Below the pieces are notes generated by a model. It ran no database searches. It was not told where the DNA came from and worked only from the letters and a program-made list of their open reading frames with translations. This document shows, piece by piece, positions 48,506 to 58,386 of a DNA stretch of 64,000 bases. Source of the DNA: Thermoplasmata archaeon UBA61 (lineage in GTDB: Archaea; Thermoplasmatota; Thermoplasmata; Lutacidiplasmatales; UBA184); NCBI GenBank assembly GCA_002503985.1, contig DASW01000007.1:108435-172434 (forward strand). The letters are read 5' to 3'. Made by a program: the position numbers and the translations under genes. The stretch's first letter is position 1; each line of letters opens with the position of its first letter.

Positions 48506-49357
48506 TTAGGGACACGGTGAGTACGAGAATACCAAACCCGCGCCTGTGCTCGACGTCTGGGCGAGATCGTCGTATTGCCAGACGCCCCCGTTGGCAGGAA
48601 ACGTGTAGTTGTACCAGGCGTACGTCCCGTTGGCATAGTTCGCGCTGTTCGCTCCGCTGGGGTCGAGCGGAACCGAAATTGAATGGCCCTGCCACTCGAA
48701 AGGAGACGTCACGGGCCACCCTTGACTGAAATCTCGAACCACTTGGCCTTGGGTAGAGCCACAGGTATCGACCGTGCCTGTGGCCGCATGGAAATTCAGG
48801 TCGAACTGCGCCCCCACACCGCACGATAAGTAGGATGTGTTCTGGACCTGTTCGCAGAGTTGGCTGCCGTTCAATCCATTCAAGAGTCCAGTGTCCGAGA
48901 CAAGGTGAGAATACATCGGCCAAGACGTGGTCCCGCCATGACGCAACCCCTGCGCCGGACTTGCGGAGAAGTAAGCGACCATCGAGCTCAAGCAAGGAGT
49001 CTGAGCGCCGGGTCCTGACACGGACGCATTCGTCAGCGAGTAAACGGTCCAATTCTCGAATCCGACAATAAACGCCGTGACATTGCCGTCAGTCACAGGG
49101 GTATAGTTCAGCGAGACACTCAGGTTTCCCCCAGGTATCTTGCCCCAGATCACCACCTTGCCCGACACCAATCCGTGGTAAGGCGCGGCCGCAATAGCGC
49201 TCGGTACCCAGACTGTAACGTTGCCGAGACGTTGGTCGACCTGGCACTCCGTGTGCGAAAAGAATCCCCACCCTGGATGTCCTGTTATCGCTACGGCGAG
49301 AACAAGAATCACTCCGACTACAACCCCGAGCACCGCGGAAGGTACCGAGGCGCGCAT
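48506..49357 (-). CDS. Secreted or membrane-anchored Cys-containing beta-rich protein
   Basis: N-terminal hydrophobic helix, many NxS/T sequons; own TATA-like box (TTATAC, 49384-49389). Confidence 0.75.
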   Translation of the reverse strand: MRASVPSAVLGVVVGVILVLAVAITGHPGWGFFSHTECQVDQRLGNVTVWVPSAIAAAPYHGLVSGKVVIWGKIPGGNLSVSLNYTPVTDGNVTAFIVGFENWTVYSLTNASVSGPGAQTPCLSSMVAYFSASPAQGLRHGGTTSWPMYSHLVSDTGLLNGLNGSQLCEQVQNTSYLSCGVGAQFDLNFHAATGTVDTCGSTQGQVVRDFSQGWPVTSPFEWQGHSISVPLDPSGANSANYANGTYAWYNYTFPANGGVWQYDDLAQTSSTGAGLVFSYSPCP

Positions 49358-49408
49358 CGTGGGGAAACGTAGCACAGGAGCCTGTATAATCGTGCCATCC
49401 AGGAAGGC

Positions 49409-49792
49409 TCACGCGGTCTGGCTCTCTCCTGACTCGTGGTCTGAGTCTTCCGGACCAGAAGCAGGAACACCCTGGCGGAACTGGGTCTCGGTGATGCCAA
49501 AGCTCGCGTAGAATCGCGCCGCCTTCACCCAGTCCCGCCGGAGGACCTCCTCCGCTCCGGGCGTGCCCGAAATCGCCGCCCGGGCCGCCTTGACGCGCCC
49601 GCGCAGGTCGCGCAGCCTCCCCTTCACGGCACGTTCGTCGGCTTCGCGAGAGTCGTCGGGGAGGCCGCTCGTGGTCTCCGAGACGCTGAACTGCCGGGCC
49701 GAAGTCGCAATCTCCTCCGCGTCCTCGTCTTCGTCCGGGCCGCCGAACGCGACCCGCGACTCGAACCGCGTTCGCGTCCGGGTCGCGCCGCA
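49409..49792 (-). pseudogene. 5'-truncated paralog of ORF X (58383..59093)
   Basis: RTRFESRVAFGGPDEDEDAE...SGLPDDSRE...RLRDLRGRVKAARA...AARFYA matches ORF X; in-frame TGA at 49793-49795 and no start codon ahead of the homologous block. Confidence 0.7.
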
Positions 49793-49795
49793 TCA

Positions 49796-49890
49796 CGCCC
49801 GTCGCTCGCGAGCGTCTCGGCCCGCGCGGGGGGGACCCGCGAGCGAAGCGAGGGGGGAGGACCCGCGCCGTCCGCGTGCCAGCGCGAATC
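49796..49890. repeat. Hairpin repeat R2
   Basis: CGCCCGTCGCTCGCGAGCGTCTCG (as R1/R3) plus CCCGC-GA-GCGAAGC-GA-GGGGG...GGACCCGCGCC (as R0); abuts the stop of 49890..51374. Confidence 0.8.
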
Positions 49891-51374
49891 TAATGAGCCT
49901 GGCCGGACGCGCCGTCGGGCGGGGGCGTGGTTGGCGAAGGCTTCGCCCGACGCTTGCTCCGCGTCAGGACGACCACCACCACGGCTGCGGCCACGAGCAG
50001 CGCAACGAGTCCCCCGACGATGTAGTACCCCGTCACCCCGGGGAATCCGAAGAGCCCCCGGGATGATCCGCCACCGCACGCGGAGGTTGAAAAGGTCACG
50101 TTCAGCTTGGTCGGGCCGCCCGCAACGGTCACGTTCCCTGAGGAAGGGCACGCGGTGTGGTTCGTTTGGTTGCTGACGGTGAAAGGAAACGTCCCGTTCG
50201 TCTCCGGGAACGTGATCGAAGTGTTGGTGGACGAGAGAGTCGTTCCTCCCACGGTCGCCGACCAGTTCGTCCCGGTAGGGAGGCCGGACTCGTGCACGGT
50301 CAGCCGGAAAATCTGAGGTAGGATGGTGATGTTGTTCGTGTCCAAATCGGCGACATAGACGTTGTGATTGGCCGGGTCATACGCGCTTCCGAAAGGTTCT
50401 TGTTGGACGGCTTGGGTCAAGACAATTCGGTTGGTATCAGGGTCGATGACTGTCACGTTGGACGCGGGCTGACCTCCGATATGGTACCTGTCGGTTACAT
50501 AGACGTAGCCATTGTACGGATCGTAGAGGGCGGACCCACATCCAGTGGCGATTGGGATTGTGGCAACTACCTCGTTGGTGGTTCCGTTCACTACACTGAC
50601 GACATTCGAAATGCCGGGCTGGTTCCCGTTCGTGCAAGCGTAAACGTCACCGTTCGAACCGGCGTACGCCACACCAGGGCCACCGCCTGATGGGTAAGCC
50701 TGCCCAACGACCCGATTGATTGTAGTGTTGATTACCGTCATGTTAGAGGGTATGGCATTTCCCTCGTTGGAAACGAACACCTTTCCGTTCGCCGGGTCGT
50801 AAGCGGCCCCATTCGGACCGGCTCCCACCGGAACGACTGCCACGACCGCGTTCCCATGGATCACGGTCACGTTGTCGCTGGTGAGGTCGGTCACGTAGAT
50901 GTCGCCGTTCGCGGGGTCAAAGACCTGTACGTGGGGGGCGCAACCGGTTGGGCACCCGTAAGCAAGGAGAGGGATGGTCCATTGGACCTGATTGGTCGAT
51001 GAGTTGATGGCGTAGACTCTGTAGACAGTCTCAGCGACGTAGACCATTCCGGTCGAGGAGTCTACCGCAAGCGTCCCGATTCCGAATGGCATCGGAATCC
51101 ACGCCACGACATGGTTCGTGGAGGTGTTGACCACGCTGATATTGCTCGAGCCGAAATTGGTTACGTAGAGAAGCCCGTTGACCGGATTGTACGCGACGCC
51201 GATTGGGCCGGCTCCGACCGGGAATGTGACATTCGCCGGCACTGCAGAAGCGAGTGCCGACTGGGAATGAGTTGGGCCACTACGGAACTGGCTGACATTC
51301 GCGACGGAGGGTACCAGGACCGCAACGACAACAACGATCGCGAGCACGGTGAGGAGGCGGCGTGGCGGCTCCAC
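49890..51374 (-). CDS. YncE/YVTN beta-propeller surface protein with C-terminal membrane anchor
   Basis: Repeated GVAYNPVNGLLYVTN, YDPANGKVFVSN and YDPANHNVYVAD blades; ESGLPTGTNWSATV domain; C-terminal TM with basic tail. Confidence 0.88.
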   Translation of the reverse strand: MEPPRRLLTVLAIVVVVAVLVPSVANVSQFRSGPTHSQSALASAVPANVTFPVGAGPIGVAYNPVNGLLYVTNFGSSNISVVNTSTNHVVAWIPMPFGIGTLAVDSSTGMVYVAETVYRVYAINSSTNQVQWTIPLLAYGCPTGCAPHVQVFDPANGDIYVTDLTSDNVTVIHGNAVVAVVPVGAGPNGAAYDPANGKVFVSNEGNAIPSNMTVINTTINRVVGQAYPSGGGPGVAYAGSNGDVYACTNGNQPGISNVVSVVNGTTNEVVATIPIATGCGSALYDPYNGYVYVTDRYHIGGQPASNVTVIDPDTNRIVLTQAVQQEPFGSAYDPANHNVYVADLDTNNITILPQIFRLTVHESGLPTGTNWSATVGGTTLSSTNTSITFPETNGTFPFTVSNQTNHTACPSSGNVTVAGGPTKLNVTFSTSACGGGSSRGLFGFPGVTGYYIVGGLVALLVAAAVVVVVLTRSKRRAKPSPTTPPPDGASGQAH

Positions 51375-51428
51375 GATTCTCTGAGGGCGTCACGCCGTAT
51401 ACACTTGGCCGTGAATCGTGGCGTGCGG

Positions 51429-51505
51429 CCGCCGTGCGCCCGTCGCGCGCGAGCGTCTCGGCTGGGCCCGGGGGGGTTTCGCGACCACCGCCCGCACTGC
51501 CTTCA
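51429..51505. repeat. Hairpin repeat R3
   Basis: Near copy of R1; its end supplies the TGA stop of 51503..52072. Confidence 0.8.
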
Positions 51506-52072
51506 CGAGGGTGGCTTGCCTCGAATCCGGAGTATAGTCCGTGGCCCACGACCGGATTGAGAGATGGTATGGACCTCCAATCCCGCGCCACGGGCGGATC
51601 CAAGAACCGCGTGAAATGCCTCCTGCGTGAGAGGGTTGTCCAGCGGATAGAGGGTTCGGATTTCGTGTTGCGCGAAGGGGTATGGCTGGCCGTTGGGCAA
51701 GGTGGGAGGCGAGAGCCACAGCGTGAGCTTTGCCTCGGGGTCGTTCCAGCGATAATCCTTGCTCCGACCTTTGGCATAAGCGAGACGAATCCCCGTAGCA
51801 GAAACCTCTAGCCGCACGGCGCCTGGCGAGAACATGAATATGGCTAGGGTGCACAGAAATCCGACCCCTACCAGGATGAGCGACGCCATTCCGATCGAGT
51901 AGAGGTTCGAGAAGAAGCCCGGTGTCGTCGCGATTACGCCAACTGCGATCGCGAGTAGAAGCACGAACCCTGCCGTGAAGATAATTTGGACGGTTCGAGA
52001 CCCCCCACGGTAGTCGTGTAGGGAAGCGACTGAAAGGTCGAAGACTGCGGAGGCGGCTGCTGATTCAGTCAT
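51503..52072 (-). CDS. 2-TM membrane protein with a PH-like soluble domain (candidate immunity protein)
   Basis: ATGA-coupled to the giant gene; two TM helices then LEVSATGIRLAY...YRW; function inferred from position. Confidence 0.65.
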   Translation of the reverse strand: MTESAAASAVFDLSVASLHDYRGGSRTVQIIFTAGFVLLLAIAVGVIATTPGFFSNLYSIGMASLILVGVGFLCTLAIFMFSPGAVRLEVSATGIRLAYAKGRSKDYRWNDPEAKLTLWLSPPTLPNGQPYPFAQHEIRTLYPLDNPLTQEAFHAVLGSARGAGLEVHTISQSGRGPRTILRIRGKPPS

Positions 52073-55000
52073 GATCCCTCGTGGAACTCGCCAAGCCCGA
52101 TTCCCAAGGATGTAAAGTCGAGGCCTGCGGTTAAGGCGTTAAGGACGAGAAGCGGGCCCGATCTGTCCGCGGGGTAAATCGCGAAGTCGATGAGATCCAG
52201 CGTTACACTCGTCCCGCTTACCCCCAGGGATGTCTCTTGCACTAGGCGATTTCCGGAGGCGCCCGCAATCCCGAGAGCGATACTTACTAGGGCGAGACCG
52301 AAAGCGACGGACGGCAGAATGAGTCCATCGCCCTGAAAGTATGCAGCTGCCAACAATCCGAGACCAATTTGAGTACTCAGCAGTGTCGCGGTCCAATCCG
52401 CCACACCCGCAAGTGCGTTCCAGTTTGTCGTCCAATTGCCGTCATTCTTTGCCGGAGGGCTTGTCGAGTTGGCCACACCCTCAGTAGCGTGAATGGCCAC
52501 GGCATTGATGAAAGTAACTTTCGAAAGCCCCGAGGTGTTGGGGGACGTAGACGATTCAATTGCTTGCAGAACCGCAGAGACGATGAGGCCGACGACGATT
52601 CCGACCAGGAGTCCCGCACCGAGGCTCAGCCCCATCAGTATCCCGATGACAACTTCAGCTACAACCGCTATCGCGATTCCGGTCAGGAACAGGGGACCGA
52701 GCAGCGCGTTCCAAAACGATGCGGCGTGAGCCTCGGAAACTGCCTTCCCAGCCACGGTGTCGCTCACCGCGCCCGAGAGACCCACCGATACGGACGAGCC
52801 GTAAGCCGAAATCGCGGCTTGGAGTGGAGCGAAGGCCGTTGCCAGGATGGCCTTCACGAACGAGATGATGTAGTTGAGGAGAGCTTGGAGGACCGTCCAC
52901 ATTGCAGTCCCGATGGCTCGCAACGCGGTCACGGTCTGGCTCACGAGAGCAGTGATTCCGAGCTTACTCGCGAGCGCGGCAGCTGCGTCGGCGAGGTAAG
53001 CTGCGGCGGCTGCGATCCCATTCCAGCCCACTGAGAAGAGCTTGGCAACGACGGTGACGACACCAGAGACGGCATTCCAAACGTAAGAGGCGGCCACGTC
53101 CCACCAAGGCTTGGAGGGAGGGGGAGGCTGCGAGGTCGATACAGGGGTGCCATAGGCACCGTCGTTTCGGTAGGTGGCGTTGGCGAGGGTAGTAACGACG
53201 TTGGAAGAGAGGCCGAGGGCGGGCAATCCTGCAGTCTCGTTGATGAGGTTCCCTGTAAGGTTGCCCGACTGGTTGAGAAGGAGACCGCCAAGGAGGTCGT
53301 TGAGTTCTGCGGCACTGGTCGTGAGGTTCGAGTTGTAGCCGGCGCTGGAGACATTGATCCAGAAGACGGCCTGGACCTGTCGGGACTGGTATCCGTTCTC
53401 GAGAGAGGGATTGGAGGCAACGCCCCCGAAGGCGCTCGGGTCGATGCCGGAGTAGATCTGGGTCGTGTTAGAGAAGACGTGGATGAACCCGGCCGAGGAC
53501 GGTCGATTTGTCGAGGTGTTGAGGACACGAGGCAACCAGTTGTAGGGGTTGAAAGTGAGGCTGGAGTCCTGATGCTGGGAGGGGACCTTCGCCGATGCGG
53601 TCGCATTGATCAGGGTCTGACCCAGAGGGCTGGCGAGGAACATGGCCCGGGGAATGAGCAGATTGTTAAGTCCCGGAAGAAGTGTGACAGTATACTTCCA
53701 GTTCGACTGAGGTCCGAAGACGCCACTGATCGCAATCTTGCTTGCGTTGGTTCCCGGGGGCGCCGTATCGTTGAGCACGAGCAGGTCGAAGTCCTGCTCG
53801 GCGGTGTAGCGGGAAAGCCCGGTGGGCAAGGGGGAGAGGGTCGAGTTGTTCGGCGGGGCGAGAATCCAGGTCGGGGCCTTCGAGTAGACGGGCAGGACTT
53901 GGTAGGTGAAGGAGATGCTAGGGGTTGCCCCGGCGCTGGGATACGAGACACTCTGTAGCTGGCCGTTCGCCAGGTCCACCTTGTAGTGCGGCGTGCTGGC
54001 GATGGCATAGACGGTGTTAGGCGAATTGCTCGTGGACTCGTTTTGGACAAGCGAGAGGTTGAGGTAGGCGAACTGTTCGGTGTTGGTGACAGGGAAGGTG
54101 ACGACAAACGACTTCGGAGAGGTGGAGCTTGGGAAGTTGGCTGTGCCACCGGAGCCGGCGGAGACCTGCACCGAGTATCCGCCGTAGTCCGTTCTAGCGG
54201 CTGAGTAATACGTAGCGGAAGAGTTCGCCGCGACGAACGCCGACACGCCATTTCCTGCGGCGTTGGCTGTATCCTTCCAGCCGGTAAGTGTCACCTGGAG
54301 GTCGGTTCCGCCTAGGGGGTTCACCTGTGCGCCGTCCGGAGCGCCATCGTTGGAAGTCGAAACCGCGAGGGGGTTCGCCCCCCAAGAGAGCTTTCCCCAC
54401 ACTGTCAGGGTCGGAGTCCCGTTCCATTGGCCCTCAACGGCTCGTAGAAAGTCAACCCCGCTGATTTCACTCTCCAGCTGGGTCCAGACGCCCCACAACA
54501 TCTGGAACGCCTGTCCCGACCAGAGCACTTCGGCCGCCCACGGAGATCCGTCACCGCTGTAGATCCCGTTCTTCGGATTCGGTGTGAGATTGGCGATGTT
54601 GGTCGCCAGGGGATACCCCTTCTCGTGGAGTCCTGGAGCGTACAAAACGTTCGAGCTGAACGGCCGGTATGTCGTGCTCTCATTCCATAGATTGTAAACA
54701 TCCCACCCAGAATTCAGCAACGACCAGCTCACCGCGAAGGTCAGGTTCCAGGTATCAAGCATCTGGCTTTCGGCGGTGTCCAACGTGTTCGGATCGAGTC
54801 CAAGCTCCTTTTCCACGAAGTCACTGACAAGCCCGTTCGTCGAGAACTTGGCTGGGTTTGCGGTAACGACGGCTTCGGAAGGAGCTATGCAGCTGGATGG
54901 CGGGCAGGTGTTCACCGGTCGGCCACCTGGCACCTGAGTATACGGCAACGGGATCGTCCAACCGGCCTCCTTCTCGACGTCGGTGAGCCCGTCGCCTGAG

Positions 55001-58000
55001 CTGTCCCGCTCGTATACGAACGTGGCAGAACCGGTGGCATTGACCGCACGGCTCAAGGCCGTGTAGTTGAGGTAGACCGAGACGGAGTAGGTATCGTTCA
55101 AAGTGGGCAGAGTCACGTTGAACCCGAAATTGGTGGCCGACCCGACCGGTCTGATGATCTCCGACGACGACGCGATGGGCACAACGAATTGGGACCCGTT
55201 CCGGATATCCTTGAACCCAAGACAGCCAGACGAAAGAGAGGGCGTCTCGCCGACGAACCAAGATGGAAGCGACCATTGGATCTCCGCTCCTCCACCGACA
55301 TGACCTACCGAGTCGTAGGGCAGGTCCTGTTCCCACACGGGGAAGACGGGAGGGGTGACGATGGAATCCGGAGCGTTCGCGTGGACCGAATCGACGACGC
55401 AACCGCTACCGTAGGAGATGCCGTAGGTGACTGAGTAAGTCGTCCAGGGTTCGAGGTCGTCGAGCTCCACGCTGTAAAGGCGAGTGCCTCCGGAGACCAG
55501 CTTGCCCGGGATCGAGGAAACCGATTCAGTGATTCCCCCCCATGTCGACTCCGAGAGTGTAACGAAGCCCGTGCCGCTGGTGTTGGCGTACCAACTGAAC
55601 AGAGCACTTGTGGCCGTGTCGTTCGAGGTCGAGTTTCCCCAGATAACGAAACCCGGCGGCGAGAGCGTGAAGCCGCACGAAGAGGTTGCAGTCTGAGCGG
55701 GCGCGGTCATTCCGGGGTCGTAAGCGATCACCGGAGAGGAGCCGGTCGGCACCCCCGTCCCGGCACGGCTGGTCGCAGTGATTGACGCGGAGTAGATGTT
55801 CCCAGATGTTCCGGCAGGGTTGACCGGTAGGTTCTGTGAGAGCTGGTACGAGGTACCCGGGGAGACAGTGGCGTACTTCCCGGTTGTCTGGTTGTACAGC
55901 GTACCGCTCCCGGTTGCAGGCATGGTGGTGCCCCAGGAGTAAGAGATGGTGGCGGTCTTGGAGCCGGAGCCGAACGAGGCTTGAACGACCGCTCCGCCGT
56001 TCGTGATCGAGAGGGTCGTCGTGACGCTCCCGGACCCGGAGGAAGGAACGCTTAGGGATTCCGTGCTCGGACCGTCGGTCACCGGACTGACCGGGCCCCA
56101 ATCCACCACACACGGTCCCGCATAGGCCCACATATATTCGGAGTACGATGCGGTGAACTTCGCCGTCCAGGTGTAGGTCTGGTAAGGTGTGAGGTTGGTG
56201 ACCCAGACCGGCGAGGGATACGACGTGGTGCCTGAGAAGACATGGGCAGTTCCGCCATTGATTGAGACGGACACCGAAGTGCTGGTGAGATTGGTCCACC
56301 ACTTGTAGTAGACCTCGTTCCATGCTCCATTACATATCACTCTGTAGTTGGCGTTGGCCAGGCCGGAGAACTTCGACGGGATCGAAGCGCTGGTTCCCAG
56401 TTGGAACGAAGTGGGACCGTAGAGACTCGGAGTCACGGTCACGGACTCGAGCTGGCCCGAGTAACTGAGCTGATTCGACGCGGACGAGGGCAACGAGCTT
56501 ACAGTCTGCACGGTGGCCGATTGATTGGCGAGGGGAGTCACACCGACCGGCACGCCTTCCGATTCGAGCAGCCAGTCAGCATAGACGGCGAGGTAAGTGT
56601 TGGGAGCAAAGGGACCGACTGTCGGAGCGATTGGTGAGGTTTGGTTGTTCGGCTTTAGACTAGAGGCACAGACGGTACCGGACTTCAGGACGCTCAGGGC
56701 GACGTGCGTGACGTTGGCGTAGAGACGGAGAGCTGTCCAGTTCTGCAGGTTACAGAGATTCGAAGCCTGGGCCGTGTAGCTAGAAGCCGTGGCAATCGCC
56801 GAGGCTACACTCGTGTTGAAGTTTGACTGGGTTGTGGAAGTGGAGGGGTTGAAGTTGGCAGGGGCCAGGGGGTCGGTAACGGCCAGATTGATTAGCGACA
56901 GAGATTCATTGACCGAAGGGAAATCCCCGGTGAACGAGATTGCATTACTCGTGGCCGGGTTTGGAGAAGGCCAGGCAAGCATCGGTCGTTGGAATCCATC
57001 GACCGCGATTGCCGGCGCCCCGGAGGGAGTGTTGGTGGGGATTCCCGTCCCGGCAAGAGCGGACGGTTCGGACAACGGCATCCCATCGGGGAAGTAGATC
57101 GCCTCATCGATACCTCCGGAGCCATAGTATGGGTCGATCCAAGTCGCGTAGACTAGACCGGCGGGCGACACGCTGAGACTCAGGTTCTGAACCGCCCCGT
57201 ACACCGGACCTGACGCGTACGGACCATTCCATGACTGACCGCCATTGCTGGATGCCTCGGTCATGACCTGCGCCTGGCCGGAGGCAGTCTGGGTCGTGTA
57301 AGCAAGGAAGAGCCCGCTGCCGATCGAGGTCAGGGCGACCTGACCGGGGGTCGAGGCTGCCGGAGCCAGGCGCGTCGCTCCAATCGAGGAAAGGCGAGGA
57401 TCGGGAGTCAGTACGCCGAAGGTCGCCACGGCCGTTGGAGCAGTGTAGGACGCGCCGCCGTTGGTACTGGTGGCCAGTTGAATCTGGTCCGACCCAAGGA
57501 CGCTGAAGATCGTTGCCTGGAGATACGTGGACCCGTAGGGAACAGTCGTGGACCCGGTTTGAAGGATTCCAGTCGCTCCCGAACCTGATGGGGTGAGGGT
57601 GACCTGACCGACCGAGGAGCCGGTCAAGGTGCGGCTGGTCACCGAAACGCTGGTGATCCCGAGCGTAGCCACCGAAACCTCGGAGGGAGTGGCCGCGACC
57701 GAATTGACAACCCCCGAAATCGAGGTCCCGAGCGACCTCCAAGTTTGCCCGAGGTTGGCCGATTGGTAGAGATAGGTCGTTCCTCCACCCGAGGCCGCGA
57801 CGACCAGCGTGTTTCCGACGGCGACCAGTGCATCGGAGGAGATGGGAGCGCTGAAGGAAGCTACTCGGGTCGGACTGTTCCATAGGAGAGGCACCGTCGA
57901 GCAGTTGGTCGAACAGGTCCGCTTCTGAATCTGGACAGCAATCGAAGCGCTGTAAGATCCGGTCTCAAACCAGAGGGCCCCGGCGTTCCCACTCCTGGAA

Positions 58001-58386
58001 GAATTGATCATGCCGAATGAGGACGGAGAAGAAGGAAGCGCTATCAGCCGAACGCTCGACGTAGGGTGCGTCGAGCCGAGTTGAGAAGGCGTGGGGAAGA
58101 GGGATGCACTGACGTTGTAGATGTATTCGAGGGGCCCATAACTGGCCGGCGATGATGCCGCCGGCCGGAGTCCGGAGGATTGGACAAGGGCGGCGGGGTT
58201 CGGCAGCGACGATTGGACGAGCATTAGCCCGACACAGAAGATTGCGACGACGACGGGGACTGAGAGAAGCCGAGAACGCCGGCGCCACGGACGCAAGTCT
58301 CCCATCGGGGATACTGGGGCCACCTGAGGAGGGCCTTCCCGGTCCGCGAACGTTTGACCGTTCTGGGTGTGTCGAGACGACTTCAT
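52069..58386 (-). CDS. Giant (~2100 aa) secreted protein with Asp-box repeats, FN3-like domains, a Ca-binding motif and a hydrophobic helical C-terminus
   Basis: Signal-like helix; SANLGQTW, STNGGASY and SSNGGQSW Asp-boxes; LTPYQTY and LEPWTTY FN3-like motifs; DSSGDGLTDVEK; start uncertain (58434, 58386 or 58305). Confidence 0.8.
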   Translation of the reverse strand: MKSSRHTQNGQTFADREGPPQVAPVSPMGDLRPWRRRSRLLSVPVVVAIFCVGLMLVQSSLPNPAALVQSSGLRPAASSPASYGPLEYIYNVSASLFPTPSQLGSTHPTSSVRLIALPSSPSSFGMINSSRSGNAGALWFETGSYSASIAVQIQKRTCSTNCSTVPLLWNSPTRVASFSAPISSDALVAVGNTLVVAASGGGTTYLYQSANLGQTWRSLGTSISGVVNSVAATPSEVSVATLGITSVSVTSRTLTGSSVGQVTLTPSGSGATGILQTGSTTVPYGSTYLQATIFSVLGSDQIQLATSTNGGASYTAPTAVATFGVLTPDPRLSSIGATRLAPAASTPGQVALTSIGSGLFLAYTTQTASGQAQVMTEASSNGGQSWNGPYASGPVYGAVQNLSLSVSPAGLVYATWIDPYYGSGGIDEAIYFPDGMPLSEPSALAGTGIPTNTPSGAPAIAVDGFQRPMLAWPSPNPATSNAISFTGDFPSVNESLSLINLAVTDPLAPANFNPSTSTTQSNFNTSVASAIATASSYTAQASNLCNLQNWTALRLYANVTHVALSVLKSGTVCASSLKPNNQTSPIAPTVGPFAPNTYLAVYADWLLESEGVPVGVTPLANQSATVQTVSSLPSSASNQLSYSGQLESVTVTPSLYGPTSFQLGTSASIPSKFSGLANANYRVICNGAWNEVYYKWWTNLTSTSVSVSINGGTAHVFSGTTSYPSPVWVTNLTPYQTYTWTAKFTASYSEYMWAYAGPCVVDWGPVSPVTDGPSTESLSVPSSGSGSVTTTLSITNGGAVVQASFGSGSKTATISYSWGTTMPATGSGTLYNQTTGKYATVSPGTSYQLSQNLPVNPAGTSGNIYSASITATSRAGTGVPTGSSPVIAYDPGMTAPAQTATSSCGFTLSPPGFVIWGNSTSNDTATSALFSWYANTSGTGFVTLSESTWGGITESVSSIPGKLVSGGTRLYSVELDDLEPWTTYSVTYGISYGSGCVVDSVHANAPDSIVTPPVFPVWEQDLPYDSVGHVGGGAEIQWSLPSWFVGETPSLSSGCLGFKDIRNGSQFVVPIASSSEIIRPVGSATNFGFNVTLPTLNDTYSVSVYLNYTALSRAVNATGSATFVYERDSSGDGLTDVEKEAGWTIPLPYTQVPGGRPVNTCPPSSCIAPSEAVVTANPAKFSTNGLVSDFVEKELGLDPNTLDTAESQMLDTWNLTFAVSWSLLNSGWDVYNLWNESTTYRPFSSNVLYAPGLHEKGYPLATNIANLTPNPKNGIYSGDGSPWAAEVLWSGQAFQMLWGVWTQLESEISGVDFLRAVEGQWNGTPTLTVWGKLSWGANPLAVSTSNDGAPDGAQVNPLGGTDLQVTLTGWKDTANAAGNGVSAFVAANSSATYYSAARTDYGGYSVQVSAGSGGTANFPSSTSPKSFVVTFPVTNTEQFAYLNLSLVQNESTSNSPNTVYAIASTPHYKVDLANGQLQSVSYPSAGATPSISFTYQVLPVYSKAPTWILAPPNNSTLSPLPTGLSRYTAEQDFDLLVLNDTAPPGTNASKIAISGVFGPQSNWKYTVTLLPGLNNLLIPRAMFLASPLGQTLINATASAKVPSQHQDSSLTFNPYNWLPRVLNTSTNRPSSAGFIHVFSNTTQIYSGIDPSAFGGVASNPSLENGYQSRQVQAVFWINVSSAGYNSNLTTSAAELNDLLGGLLLNQSGNLTGNLINETAGLPALGLSSNVVTTLANATYRNDGAYGTPVSTSQPPPPSKPWWDVAASYVWNAVSGVVTVVAKLFSVGWNGIAAAAAYLADAAAALASKLGITALVSQTVTALRAIGTAMWTVLQALLNYIISFVKAILATAFAPLQAAISAYGSSVSVGLSGAVSDTVAGKAVSEAHAASFWNALLGPLFLTGIAIAVVAEVVIGILMGLSLGAGLLVGIVVGLIVSAVLQAIESSTSPNTSGLSKVTFINAVAIHATEGVANSTSPPAKNDGNWTTNWNALAGVADWTATLLSTQIGLGLLAAAYFQGDGLILPSVAFGLALVSIALGIAGASGNRLVQETSLGVSGTSVTLDLIDFAIYPADRSGPLLVLNALTAGLDFTSLGIGLGEFHEGS

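Noticed and set aside
48421-51505. R repeats as simple intrinsic terminators
   Set aside because: They have no oligo-T tracts and share more primary sequence than terminators need; a 3'-UTR stability role is not fully excluded
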